A program made the position numbers and the translations under genes. The notes beneath the pieces were generated by a model. It did not search any database, had not been told where the DNA came from, and was given only the letters and a program-made list of their open reading frames with translations. Positions 1 through 10,190 of a stretch of DNA of 32,000 nt are shown in pieces; position 1 is the stretch's first letter; each line of letters begins with the position of its first letter. Location: contig NC_000917.1 in the NCBI RefSeq assembly GCF_000008665.1, positions 1,950,001-1,982,000 of the forward strand, in the 5' to 3' direction. The stretch is from Archaeoglobus fulgidus DSM 4304. Lineage in GTDB: Archaea > Halobacteriota > Archaeoglobi > Archaeoglobales > Archaeoglobaceae.

Positions 1-2262
1 TCCCCATGTAGTTCCTCAGAATCATCAGGCTTCTCACCGCAACATGCCTGAACCTCCTCCTCAGAATCTCTGTCCTGTCCAAAGCTTTTCTCAGATGGCC
101 CTCAAACTCAGGGATGACGAAGAGCCCCTCAATCTCCGCATCGCTGAGCCTTTTGTAAGATGGAAGGATGAGGACAAAGCCGTTATCGTTTATCCCCATC
201 TGAACGTTGCAGTTCTTGATTAAACCTGCCCTGTAGGCAAAAACCCTCGCAATTGCGCTGTTCGCCCTTCTCCCAATCAGAGTGTGGAAGAAGTAGTAGT
301 TCCTCTCCGCTTCGTACTTCTCCACCACCAGCTTGCTGTCAGTCGGAATTTCGCTGAATAGCTTCTGCTCCATGAAGTAGCGGTAGATGGCGTTGGCAGC
401 GTTTCTCTCAATCTCGAAGTTTTCCATAAGAATGGCAATAATTTCCTCCCTGCTTTTCTTCTCAAGCATTTCCTCCATCCAGCCCCTGAACTTCCTTATC
501 CTCTCAGCTAAATCGTAGCTTAAAGGCAGCTGCTCGCTGAACCAGCTTGGGACGGTGGGCTTCTCCCCCTCAACCTCCTCGACGATGATGCTCATTCCCT
601 TGGCCTTCAAAAACCTGAAGGTCTTTCCTGCAAGACGAAAATGTCTCCCGGCAGTAAATTCTCGGCAAACTCTTCCTCAACCTTTCCAACTCTCTTTCCG
701 TCCTTTGTGATTACCTTCACAGCCACCTCGTCGGGAATCGTGCCAGTGTTGAGGTAGTAAATCGGCCTGATCATCTTCCCTCTTCTTCCGAAAACGCCCT
801 CTTCCTCGTCAAACCAGATTTTCGCATAAACCTTCTTCTTTTCCAGCTCGGAGAAGTTGCCGGAGAGGTATCTCAGCACGGAGAGAAACTCCTCCCTCGT
901 TAACTCTCTGTAGGGATAGGCGTTTCTGATCAGGGCAAGGGCCTCATCAACGCTCCAGACTTTCTCAATGGCCATTCCAACGACATGCTGGCACAGCACA
1001 TCGAGACACTTCCTCGGTATCTTTACTCTGTCCAGCCTCCTCTCCCTCGCCTCTTTCGCCAAAACTGTGCACTCAACGAGGTCGTCCTGATCAACGACCA
1101 CAATTCTGCCAACACTCACCTCATGCAGCCTGTGCCCGCTTCTCCCGATTCTCTGCAAAGCCCTGTTTATGCTCTTGGGCGAGCCCAGCAGAATGACGAG
1201 GTCGATGTATCCTATGTCAATGCCGAGCTCAAGGCTCGTTGAGGAGACAACGCATCTCAGCTCCCCGTTCTTCAGCTCGTTCTCCACCTCAAGCCTCACT
1301 TCCTTGGAGAGGGAGCTGTGGTGAGCTTTTATTGGGAAATCCTTCAACCTCTTCTTGAGGTGGTAAACCACTCTCTCTGTCGCGCTACGCGTGTTTGTGA
1401 AAATCAGCGTGGTTTTCGAGCTTTTTACGTACTCCGCAAGCAAGTCGTAAAGCCTGTCGCTTATTTCTTCAGCACTGGCGGAGAAAAAGTCGTTTATAGG
1501 AGAGACAACCTTTATGTCCATCGGCTTCTCGAAGGTGACATCAGCTATCACGCAGTCTCTCTCCTCACCGTAGTTGTATCCCACCAAGAACCTCGCAATC
1601 TCCTCAAGGGGCGATATGGTGGCAGAAAGGCCTATTCTTACCATCTCTCCCTCCTGAATTCTCTGCAGCCTCTCCATTGAGAGGGTTAGGTGAACTCCCC
1701 TCTTGTTCTCCGCAATTGCATGGATTTCGTCAACGATGAGAAATCTGACGTTCGTGAGGGACTTGCTGAACTTGGGGCTGCAGAGAACGATTGCGAGGGT
1801 TTCTGGAGTTGTAATCAGAATGTGAGGTGGTTTTCTCGCCTGCTTCTGCTTTTCAGCAGCATCCGTATCGCCTGTTCTGACAGCAGCTCTTATTTTCTGC
1901 AGCTTGATTCCCTTTTTCTCAGCAAGGGCGTAAATCTCCTCAAGCGGCTCCTCAAGGTTCTTCCTTATGTCGTTGTTTAGGGCTTTAAGGGGAGAGACGT
2001 AAACGACGTAAACTCTATCCTCAAGCTCCCCCTTCTCAGCTTTCTCAACAAGCATGCTTATTGCAGCAAGAAAAGCTGCAAGAGTCTTCCCGCTTCCTGT
2101 TGGAGAGGTTATAAGCACGTTTCTGCCTTTGAAAGCCTCCACTATAGCGTATTTTTGCGGAGGGGTAAATTCAGAGTACTTTGAGAGAAACCACTCCCTC
2201 ACTAAGGGATGAAGCGAGTTCAGAATCTCCTCGTCGCTGTAGGGCTTTCCCCGAATTATCAC
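1..2262 (-). pseudogene. Lhr-like DEAD/DEAH ATP-dependent helicase, interrupted by an apparent frameshift near 629-634 and running off the left window edge
   Basis: ORF 607..2598(-) has PTGSGKT (motif I), DEIHA (Walker B), SATIS and GRSGR motifs. The likely start is GTG at 2260-2262 (VIIRGKPYSDEEILNSLHPLVREWF). After ...LLPGDIFVL the frame ends at a stop (607-609), while another frame reads AGKTFRFLKAKGMSIIVEEVEGEKPTVPSWFSEQLPLSYD... and stays open to position 1. Confidence 0.8.
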
Positions 2263-2298
2263 CGAAGAACATATCCGTCGGGAAAGAAAAGTCTTGTC

Positions 2299-3387
2299 GT
2301 GAGGTTCTATGCCACTCTCACCCCGGGTCTTGAGGATGTTGCAGCCAAGGAAGTGGAGAGTTTCGGGTGCAAAGTGGAGGAAATCAGAGAAAGAAGGGGC
2401 AGGATCTTCTTTTCCGGGGAAAAGTCTGCAATCCCCCTGCTGAACCACTTTTCGAGAACTCTGGAAAGGCTGAACGTGTTGCTGCTGAGGTGCGAAGTTG
2501 AGGGGCTTGATGACATCTACGCAGCGGTAAAGGGGCTGGATTTCAGCTTTGTTAAAGGAAAAAGCTTTGCCATAAGGAGCTTGAGGGTTGGGGAGCACGA
2601 TTTCACGTCAATGGACATAGCGAGAGTAGCGGGGCAGGCTGTGATTGACAGCTTCATGGAGAGCTACGGGGAGAGGTTGAAGGTAAATCTCAATCAACCA
2701 GACGTGATTATTAGGGTTGAGCTTGTTGATAGCGAGCTCTTCGTTGGGGTTGACACCACAGGAGATGATGCGATGCATAAGCGGTGGTGGAGGGTTTACA
2801 ACCATCCTGCTCACCTCAACGCTGCCATAGCGTGCGGGATGTTGAGAATCGCCGATTGGAAGGTTGACGAATCCCTCATCGACCCCATGTGCGGCAGCGG
2901 AACGATTCCAATCGAGGCTGCCTTAATGGTGAGGAATGTTCCGAACTTGAGGGATTTTGCCTACAAAAAGCTTTGCGAGTGGGAGCTGGCTTTTGAGCCA
3001 AATGAAGTCAGGCTGAAACTTTACGGAATGGAGAAGTTTCGAAAGCACCTTGTTGGTGCTATCAGAAACGCCGTAAATGCGGGAGTTGCAGACACCATCG
3101 AGTTCAGGCAGGGAGATGCAACGGAGATGACAGGAGAGTATGACGTTATAATCACAAACCCGCCATATGGCCTTAGAATTCACCGAAAGGGCGCAATTGA
3201 AAGGCTGTATCACAGCTTTGCCAGAGCGGCAAAAAGGTGTATGAACCAGAACTCGAGGCTTGTTATCATAACGGCTGAGCACAGGGTCTTTGCAAATGCC
3301 GCTGAGGAAGCAGGACTGCAGTGCACTCACGAGAGATTCGTGAAATATGGCGGGCTTTTAACAAAAATTATGGTTTTCATGATTTAG
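2299..3387 (+). CDS. THUMP-domain SAM-dependent RNA methyltransferase (Trm14/RlmL-like)
   Basis: N-terminal FYATLTPGLEDVAAKEVE (THUMP-associated), DPMCGSGTIPIEAAL and DVIITNPPYG methylase motifs. Start set at GTG 2299, since the track start at 2209 overlaps the divergent helicase. Confidence 0.88.
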   Translation: MRFYATLTPGLEDVAAKEVESFGCKVEEIRERRGRIFFSGEKSAIPLLNHFSRTLERLNVLLLRCEVEGLDDIYAAVKGLDFSFVKGKSFAIRSLRVGEHDFTSMDIARVAGQAVIDSFMESYGERLKVNLNQPDVIIRVELVDSELFVGVDTTGDDAMHKRWWRVYNHPAHLNAAIACGMLRIADWKVDESLIDPMCGSGTIPIEAALMVRNVPNLRDFAYKKLCEWELAFEPNEVRLKLYGMEKFRKHLVGAIRNAVNAGVADTIEFRQGDATEMTGEYDVIITNPPYGLRIHRKGAIERLYHSFARAAKRCMNQNSRLVIITAEHRVFANAAEEAGLQCTHERFVKYGGLLTKIMVFMI

Positions 3388-4096
3388 TTCTCTCGGCATC
3401 GTGCACCCAAACCTCTCCATCCTCGTAAACCTCCTTCTTCCAGATTGGAAGCTCCTTTTTCATCAACTCCACTGCCTCCTTCAAAGGCTCCCAGATGTCC
3501 TTCCTGTGCTCTCCCATAACGGTGATGTAAACTATGTCCTCCCCCGGCAGCAGAATCCCCCTCTTGTGGTAAACTCTGGCATTTACAATTCCGGGCATCT
3601 GCTTTACTCTCTCCTCAATCTCCCTCGCCTTCTCGTTCAGCATTTCATCATAAGCCTCATACTCAAGCCTGCTTACCGTCTTCCCGTCAGACTCCTTCCG
3701 CACAAAGCCTATGAAAATGCCAATTGCTCCGCATTTCTCCACTCCTTCAACGCACTTTGTTTTGAGAACGATGGATTTTAGGGACTCCACTTCAGGAGCC
3801 CTCTCAACCTCCTCCACGCTCTTTACCTTTGGAATCTTGAATCCGAGGCCCTTTTCAAGCCCCTCAAGCTCCAGCTCGAAACCAATGATAGCAGCATAAT
3901 CAAACCCCAGATCTGCGAGGGTTTCCAGCGCCTCCCTCATGTTCTTAGGGCCTGCTGTCATCCTGAGGGACTTTCCAATGAAGGCGCAGCACTCCTCCTC
4001 TCCATCTCCCTTCCTCACCTCTACAACTCTTCCCCTCTCAGCCAGCTTTCCCTTCAGCTCATCCCAGTTCTCGGGAACGAAAACCTTCATCCACAC
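3377..4096 (-). CDS. moaE: Molybdopterin synthase catalytic subunit MoaE with about 100-aa N-terminal extension
   Basis: C-terminal half GAIGIFIGFVRKESDGKTVSRLEYEAYDEMLNEKAREIEE...VYHKRGILLPGEDIVYITVMGEHRKDIWEPLKEAVELMKKELPIWKKEVYEDGEVW matches the MoaE pattern. Confidence 0.88.
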   Translation of the reverse strand: MWMKVFVPENWDELKGKLAERGRVVEVRKGDGEEECCAFIGKSLRMTAGPKNMREALETLADLGFDYAAIIGFELELEGLEKGLGFKIPKVKSVEEVERAPEVESLKSIVLKTKCVEGVEKCGAIGIFIGFVRKESDGKTVSRLEYEAYDEMLNEKAREIEERVKQMPGIVNARVYHKRGILLPGEDIVYITVMGEHRKDIWEPLKEAVELMKKELPIWKKEVYEDGEVWVHDAERTKS

Positions 4097-4617
4097 CCCT
4101 CCAGCTTCTCGTAAACGTCCATACCGCAGAAAAGCGGCTGAACAACATGATATTTAACATCAACCTTACTTCCATCAACAGCAATCTCAGCACAGCTCGC
4201 AACCGACATTCTTGGCTGCGTTGGGCTGCCGGGACAAACAAGAAGCTTTCCTCTAACCTCTTCAAGAACAAAACGGTGTAAGTGGCCGAAAACAAGCACA
4301 TCAACACCAAGCTCCATTGCCTTATAGCCAAGGTCGTGGAACTGGTTGATGAAGTTGCCCTTGTGCACTAAACCGAATCTAACCCCCTCAACCTCAAAAA
4401 CCAGCTCTTCATCAAGCTCCTCCTTAATTTTATCATCGTCGCTGTTTCCAGCTACAGCATAAAGCTCGTAATCTGAGAACTTTTTGTAAACCTTGTAGCT
4501 TTCAAAGTCCCCTGCGTGAACGACAAAATCTGCTCCTTCCATAAGCTCTATGAGCTTCTCCGGAAGATTCCATTCTTTCAGGTGCGTGTCTGCCACAGCC
4601 AGAATTCTTTTCATCAA
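4087..4617 (-). CDS. YfcE/MJ0936-type metallophosphoesterase
   Basis: ADTHLKE, HAGDFES, AVAGNSDDD, LVHKGN and VFGHLHRF metallophosphatase motifs. Overlaps the moaE start. Confidence 0.88.
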   Translation of the reverse strand: MMKRILAVADTHLKEWNLPEKLIELMEGADFVVHAGDFESYKVYKKFSDYELYAVAGNSDDDKIKEELDEELVFEVEGVRFGLVHKGNFINQFHDLGYKAMELGVDVLVFGHLHRFVLEEVRGKLLVCPGSPTQPRMSVASCAEIAVDGSKVDVKYHVVQPLFCGMDVYEKLEGCG

Positions 4618-4664
4618 TTAAAGTAAAACAATAAGGTTTAAAATGTTGATGTCAACACCTTGCG

Positions 4665-5303
4665 ATGATTAAGCTCAGCTACCTCACGAGCTACATCACC
4701 TGTCCTAGACTGTGCTACTTCCGGGTTCATGTTGGCGAAAAGCGTTTTACCGAGCTTACTGCGGTAAGGGAGATATACCTTTCCCTGAAACAGGGATTTG
4801 ACCTCGATTGGGCGAAAAAGAGGGCTAAAGCTCTACATGGAGCATTCGATGAAGAAGCTTTCAGGAGTGCGGCAAATAAATTCATCTTTCCTCAAATTGA
4901 CTGCAAAAGCGTCGAAGTGGATGCAACGATAAAATCCAAGTCGCTCGGTCTTCTGGTTAGTGTGGATGAGATAGTTGAATGTGATGGAGAGCTGCTCCCC
5001 CTCTTTCTTGGCCTAAATCCACCAGAAAATGGTGTTTGGTTTAAAGACATGGTAAAGGCCGGTGCAGCCGCCTTGGCTGGAAACTACAGCAAAGCCCTGA
5101 TTTACTACGGATACACGGGCGATCTTAGGCCTGTTGAGGTTACCTTCAGCCTCAAAAAGAAGGTCATCAAGCTCATTGAGCGAGTGAAGCTCATACAAAG
5201 AGGTTTTCTTCCCGAAAGGAAGGAGAGCAGATACTGCAATTACTGCAGCTTCAGTGAGGACTGTAAGAGCAGGGCTGAAACTTTCGCATCAAAATTTCTC
5301 TAG
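4665..5303 (+). CDS. Cas4-like/PD-(D/E)XK-superfamily protein with Cys cluster, probably catalytically degenerate
   Basis: N-terminal SYITCPRLCYF and C-terminal RYCNYCSFSEDCKSR, the Cas4/RecB-like Fe-S cysteine layout. GLLVSVDEIVE resembles motif I, but no ExK is visible after it. The start codon may be ATG/ATT-proximal. Confidence 0.6.
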   Translation: MIKLSYLTSYITCPRLCYFRVHVGEKRFTELTAVREIYLSLKQGFDLDWAKKRAKALHGAFDEEAFRSAANKFIFPQIDCKSVEVDATIKSKSLGLLVSVDEIVECDGELLPLFLGLNPPENGVWFKDMVKAGAAALAGNYSKALIYYGYTGDLRPVEVTFSLKKKVIKLIERVKLIQRGFLPERKESRYCNYCSFSEDCKSRAETFASKFL

Positions 5304-5578
5304 TCTATGAAAAATCTCGCATCCTCAATCCACTGGCTCTTGCACTTAGGACACTTAGAAGCTTTAATTCTGTCAAACTCAAAGCCACACTTCTTGCAGC
5401 GGGGAGGTTGCATCACAAGCCTTTTACCCTTCCTCCTCAAAATCTTGGATGCTTTCAGCAATGCTGAGTAAACATCATCTTCCCTTTGCGGTTCAAGGTT
5501 GAGCAATTTGCATATTTCCTTTGCCGTAAGGCCATCCTGCTGCTCAAGCAAGGATATGACGTCCTCGACTAAAGCCAT
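5300..5578 (-). CDS. Predicted transcriptional regulator: HTH domain fused to C-terminal zinc ribbon
   Basis: N-terminal winged-helix-like segment (LTAKEICKLLNLE...DVYSALLKASKILRRKGKRL) plus CKKCGFEFDRIKASKCPKCKS zinc ribbon. Confidence 0.75.
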   Translation of the reverse strand: MALVEDVISLLEQQDGLTAKEICKLLNLEPQREDDVYSALLKASKILRRKGKRLVMQPPRCKKCGFEFDRIKASKCPKCKSQWIEDARFFID

Positions 5579-5626
5579 GAATCTAGTTTACTACTGGATA
5601 TAAAAAATTCAAGGAAAAAAGAGAGC

Positions 5627-6199
5627 TTACGTTAAAGCATTAGGTATTGCCTTGAACAGCTCCATCATGAACTTTACGTTGTCCGTTATCGTGTTCGCCA
5701 GTGCTTCGGCGTAAGCCTCAACCAGCGGCACCTCGACTCCGGTAGAGTTGGTGGTTGTTATCGACGTGTTCTGCAAGGCCTTTACCTGGTACTTCATAAG
5801 CGCTGCCAGTCCCTGGCTGCCCTCAGTGTCGCCGAAGACAACGGAGGTGTTGGTCGCCATCATCCTTATTGATTCGCTGATGTTAGTTCTCTGGGATGTC
5901 AGGTTATCGCTGTCTGCCAGCGTTTCCAGAACCTCCGCCGTCACCTGGTTGTTCCAACCCGCAACAAGAACTCCACCGTAAACCAGCCCCCAGAGGTTCT
6001 GGAAGAGGTTGGAGTTTGTGTCAGTGTCGTTCACCTCGTAGAGCAGGTGCAGGAACTTCGCTCCCAGATCGAGGTTTGAAACCGTGTTTTTTATGAATGC
6101 AGCCGCAAACTCCGTACCGTTCATGCTGAAGTCTTCTGCCATTGCCGGTGCAGTTACCAGCATTAACGCCAGCACCAATCCCACTACATACCCCCTCAT
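5627..6199 (-). CDS. Putative secreted/extracytoplasmic protein of unknown function
   Basis: Signal-peptide-like MRGYVVGLVLALMLVTAPAMAED from ATG 6197-6199, with Asn/Thr-rich remainder. The longer track ORF starts at 6283. Confidence 0.6.
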   Translation of the reverse strand: MRGYVVGLVLALMLVTAPAMAEDFSMNGTEFAAAFIKNTVSNLDLGAKFLHLLYEVNDTDTNSNLFQNLWGLVYGGVLVAGWNNQVTAEVLETLADSDNLTSQRTNISESIRMMATNTSVVFGDTEGSQGLAALMKYQVKALQNTSITTTNSTGVEVPLVEAYAEALANTITDNVKFMMELFKAIPNALT

Positions 6200-6307
6200 A
6201 AATACTACCCCCAATTTTGACAATAATTCCGGAACTTCTATGTATTTAAATTTTTCGTAATTAATCGATAATAATGTCATCAATTGTTATAATAATGAGA
6301 AGAAACC

Positions 6308-6934
6308 TTATGGGCGAAGCAAATAGTAACTTTCCTTCCTGTCTGAGGAAGTCAGATTCCCAATTACTTCCATTTCACCAAAATCTGGGCTCTCCCCATC
6401 TCCCTCCTTGTGAACAAACAGCACAATTCCACCTTTTTTCAGCAGCGGAAGAAATCTTCGCATTGCACGAAAGGATGAGGAAAAAGGCAAAGTGAGGTCA
6501 TTAAGGATTAAATCAAGCTCGGGCAAAAGTGAAATGTCGAAGGTGAAGGCATCGGCAATGAAAACCTTAACGTTTGGCCTTTGCCTCTCAATTTCCCTCA
6601 AGCCTTCCTCAAACTCCCTGCTGTACTCTATACCGTAAACCTCCTTTGCTTTTTCGCTGGCGTAGAGCAAAAAACCCCCAGCAGAGCTTCCGAGGTCAAG
6701 AACAACCTCATTGCCGGAAAAAAGGTTGAAGTGCTCGTCGATTTCCTTCAGCTTCCAGTATCCCCGCGGCCTTTCCGGCTGGAGAACTTTTATCTCCGCC
6801 TCAAAGTCAACCTCCGCTGAAGGCTTCGTCACCTTTTTTCCATCAACCAAGACGAAGCCTTTCTTTATTGCCTCCTTCGCTCTGCTCCTTGAGCTGAAAA
6901 AGCCCCTCCTGACAAGCAGAATGTCGAGCCTCAT
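6308..6934 (-). CDS. TlyA-like rRNA methyltransferase (S4 + FtsJ-like domain)
   Basis: [40 protein letters not shown]4 domain, then [19 protein letters not shown] motif and LDLILNDLT. Confidence 0.87.
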   Translation of the reverse strand: MRLDILLVRRGFFSSRSRAKEAIKKGFVLVDGKKVTKPSAEVDFEAEIKVLQPERPRGYWKLKEIDEHFNLFSGNEVVLDLGSSAGGFLLYASEKAKEVYGIEYSREFEEGLREIERQRPNVKVFIADAFTFDISLLPELDLILNDLTLPFSSSFRAMRRFLPLLKKGGIVLFVHKEGDGESPDFGEMEVIGNLTSSDRKESYYLLRP

Positions 6935-7794
6935 AGAATTTCCGCAACCAGCTCAGCCACCTCCATCGGCGTCTTCCCCACTCTCGCTCCCGCAGCTTCA
7001 AGTGCTTTAATCTTCGACTCCGCCGTTCCAACTCCCCCTTCAATTATCGCCCCCGCATGCCCCATTCTCTTTCCGGGTGGGGCGGTTAAGCCTGCAACGT
7101 AGCCTACAACCGGCTTCGACATTTCTCTGATAAACTCTGCCGCAACCTCCTCATCCCTGCCTCCAATCTCACCCACCAAAACAACAGCCTTGGTTTCCTT
7201 GTCATCCTCAAAGAGCCTTAGCACCTCCACAAAGTCCGTGCCTATTATCCTGTCTCCTCCTATTCCAACAACCGTTGACTGACCCAATCCGAGCTTTGTG
7301 AGGTTGTAGGCAATCTGATACGTCAGAGTGCCGCTTCTTGACACAATCCCAACATTCCCCGGCTTGAAAATCTGAACGGGCATTATGCCGAGGTGCGTTT
7401 TGCCGGGGCTTATGATTCCGGGGCAGTTGGGGCCTATTAGCGTCGCTCCCGCCTCTTTCACCCTCCAGTACATTTTCAGCTCATCGTGAACGGGAATGCC
7501 TTCCGTTATGCACACAATAACTTTGATGCCAGCATCAGCCGCCTCCATCACGGCATCAGCAGCGAAGGGAGCGGGAACGAAGATTACGGATGCGTTTGCG
7601 TCAGCCTCCCTCACTGCCTCCTTAACAGAGTCATAGACCGGCACCCCAAGGACTTCCGTCCCGCCCTTTCCGGGAGTAACTCCGGCAACAATTTTTGTGC
7701 CGTAGTTGAGCATTCTCTCCGTGTGAAACTTGCCTTGATAGCCAGTTATTCCCTGAACTACCACCTTCGTTCTTTCATCAACGATAATTGCCAT
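6931..7794 (-). CDS. sucD: Succinyl-CoA synthetase (ADP-forming) alpha subunit
   Basis: [15 protein letters not shown] CoA-binding N-terminus, [11 protein letters not shown], and [28 protein letters not shown] with active-site His. Confidence 0.95.
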   Translation of the reverse strand: MAIIVDERTKVVVQGITGYQGKFHTERMLNYGTKIVAGVTPGKGGTEVLGVPVYDSVKEAVREADANASVIFVPAPFAADAVMEAADAGIKVIVCITEGIPVHDELKMYWRVKEAGATLIGPNCPGIISPGKTHLGIMPVQIFKPGNVGIVSRSGTLTYQIAYNLTKLGLGQSTVVGIGGDRIIGTDFVEVLRLFEDDKETKAVVLVGEIGGRDEEVAAEFIREMSKPVVGYVAGLTAPPGKRMGHAGAIIEGGVGTAESKIKALEAAGARVGKTPMEVAELVAEIL

Positions 7795-7797
7795 AAT

Positions 7798-8940
7798 TCA
7801 CACCTCCTCAGCAAGCTTTACGGCCTTCTCCGCCCCTTCCTCCATCGTCTCGACAATGTGGAAGTTTGGCCTATCCTTTGCAAACTCATCCATGATTTTC
7901 CTCCCCTCCTCCTCGTTTGTGCCTGCGAGTCTCACAACCACCGGAGTTGATACGTCTGCCAAAGCCTCTTTAAGCCCCTTCGCAACTTCATCGCACCTCG
8001 TTATCCCGCCGAAGATGTTGATGAAGACCACCTTAACATTCTTGTCGCTGAGAATTAGGTTAATGGCCTCCCTCACAACCTCTGCAGAGGCTCCACCTCC
8101 TATGTCGAGGAAGTTCGCCGGCTTGCCACCGTAAATGTATATCAGGTCCATGGTTGCCATGGCCATCCCGGCACCGTTTGCAAGCACGCCAACGTTCCCA
8201 TCAAGCTTGACGTAATTCAGCCCCTTTTCCATTGCGATTCTCTCCATCTGGTCAGCTTCGGTATAATCCCTCAGTTTCTCCAAATCCCTGTGCCTGAAAA
8301 GTGCACTGTCGTCAATGTTAAGCCTCGCATCCGCAGCAACAAGTCCATCAGGTGTAACAACAAGGGGGTTGATTTCGACAAGCTCAGCCTCGTAGTGAAC
8401 CATAATCCGGTAGAGGGTTTTGAGGATTGAAGCGACCTCCTTCCAGTACTCCCTCGGCATTTGCGAATTCAGCAAAAGCTCCCTTATCTGATAATCCCAG
8501 AGCCCCCACTTCGGATTCACAGCGATCCTGGCTATTTTCTCAGGATGCTTGACGGCAATTTCCTCAATATCCATACCACCCACAGAACTCAGAATTGCCG
8601 CGATACCTTTATTGGCTCTATCAATTGTTAGCCCGGCATACATTTCTCGCTGAACTTCAATCATTTCCTCCACGTAGATTTTCTCAACTATGTGGCCTTT
8701 TAATACGGAACCAAACATTTCCTTAGCCTTTTCAACGGCCTCTTCAACGCTGTAGGCCTTCTTTATACCACCTGCCTTTCCCCTCCCGCCAACAAGAACC
8801 TGAGATTTCAGTACCACCTTGCCCCCTAGCTCCTCAGCAATCCCCCTAACATCCTCGACAGAGGTTGCCAGCTCTCCTCTTGCAACTCTTATTCCGTGCT
8901 TGGAGAAAATCTGCTTCGCCTGATATTCGTGAAGTCTCAT
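7798..8940 (-). CDS. sucC: Succinyl-CoA synthetase beta subunit
   Basis: MRLHEYQAKQIFSKHGI...KSQVLVGGRGKAGGIK..., LVEINPLVVTPDG, NGAGMAMATMD, NIFGGITRCDEVAKG. Pairs with sucD 3 bp away. Confidence 0.95.
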   Translation of the reverse strand: MRLHEYQAKQIFSKHGIRVARGELATSVEDVRGIAEELGGKVVLKSQVLVGGRGKAGGIKKAYSVEEAVEKAKEMFGSVLKGHIVEKIYVEEMIEVQREMYAGLTIDRANKGIAAILSSVGGMDIEEIAVKHPEKIARIAVNPKWGLWDYQIRELLLNSQMPREYWKEVASILKTLYRIMVHYEAELVEINPLVVTPDGLVAADARLNIDDSALFRHRDLEKLRDYTEADQMERIAMEKGLNYVKLDGNVGVLANGAGMAMATMDLIYIYGGKPANFLDIGGGASAEVVREAINLILSDKNVKVVFINIFGGITRCDEVAKGLKEALADVSTPVVVRLAGTNEEEGRKIMDEFAKDRPNFHIVETMEEGAEKAVKLAEEV

Positions 8941-9005
8941 GTTTTAATGTTGCGAAGTGGTAAATTAAGTTTAGGTTTTAAGGTTCTAAATCGATCTGCC
9001 TTTCT

Positions 9006-9781
9006 TCAAAAGCAGCTGAGATCTCTGTCAGCATCTCCTACGACTGTTGCTTTAACATCGTACTCTCCTCTCATTTCCCTATGGCTCTCGTTAATCCCAA
9101 CGATAACGCTTTTTCCAGCGATAACCTTTACATCGAGCTTCTTACTTCTCTTAGCATGGAGCTTTGTTCCATCAGCCGAAACAAAGCTTTCGTATTCGAA
9201 TTTCGACTCATAGCTTAATTCCTGCATCCTCCTCCATATCGTGAGGTGTGAAGGAGACTCTGTCAGTCTCTCAAGCCTCTGCCTTGATTCCCTGTAGCTC
9301 ATGGATAAAGCATAATCGATGGCTATTGCTGCTATATCTGGCTGATATAGCCTTTTCTCGTCGAATTCTATTAAGTTGTAGAGGGGGCAGAAGGTTCTGC
9401 CTATTGATTTGTCTTTGAGTCTTGTAACGGTTTTTCTAAGCAGCGTTACGATCGTTCTCTTTTCTCTGCTGTGTTTATGGTAATCGTTTTTGTCGTATCC
9501 TTTCTATGCATTGAGGAGATGAGAACGCTGTCTATCTCCTCCAGAACCTTTCCCAGAATTGAAGCTTCAATTCCTTTTAAAGCAGATGTGATTTCTTGGA
9601 TGGGAATCTTTTTATTCTGGATGTCAATTGTTAGCCATAGTGGGATTTCTATTTGCAGCTGCATGGGTGGGGTTGAATCCCTGCCCTTTTTGATTTCCAA
9701 GGAAAGATGTAACAGCACCAAAAAATTAAACTGCCGATTGGTTTGGCCGTAGTTAGCATCCCTTTTGAGTTGAGAGGTCAA
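9006..9781 (-). pseudogene. Degenerate IS transposase (ISH6-type resemblance)
   Basis: ORF 9006..9302 extends upstream without stop as YHKHSREKRTIVTLLRKTVTRLKDKSIGRTFCPLYNLIEFDEKRLYQPDIAAIAIDYALSMSYRESRQRL...VSADGTKLHAKR. ORF 9446..9781 supplies the N-terminal part in another frame, and the C-terminus is missing. Confidence 0.6.
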
Positions 9782-9971
9782 ACGAGATTGAGCGAGTTTG
9801 GTTTCGCCCCTAACAAGGCAACGGTTTGGGGGAGAGAAACTGCCGCATCGCCATTTGGCATAACTCTCGGCAGAAAGCTACTCGTTGCAGCAGCTCAGGG
9901 GTTTTATGGAGGAGGTGGAAAAAGCTTAGTTCTGTGACAAAACTTATTAAAAATGCCATACAATTAAAGCT

Positions 9972-10190
9972 ATGAGCATCGAAGTAAAAAAACTGGACAG
10001 ACACGGAAGGATTGTCATCCCCAAGGAGTGGAGGGAGAGGCACGGGGATGAGGTTGTGGTTGTGGTTTACGAGGACAAAGTTGAGATTCTCCCGAGGAAG
10101 GGGAACGTGATGAGGTTTGCAGACAGCATCGAGGTTGAGGAGCTGAAGGACTGGGAAGAGATGAGGAGAGAGCTTTATGAGGTTCGTTGA
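9972..10190 (+). CDS. vapB: AbrB/SpoVT-type antitoxin (VapB-like)
   Basis: VKKLDRHGRIVIPKEWRERHG swapped-hairpin motif. Overlaps the downstream PIN ORF by 14 bp. Confidence 0.85.
   Translation: MSIEVKKLDRHGRIVIPKEWRERHGDEVVVVVYEDKVEILPRKGNVMRFADSIEVEELKDWEEMRRELYEVR

Noticed and set aside
9743-9937. 64-aa plus-strand ORF upstream of vapB
   Set aside because: No family resemblance, overlaps the transposase remnant, and has an incoherent composition; not supportable as a gene.
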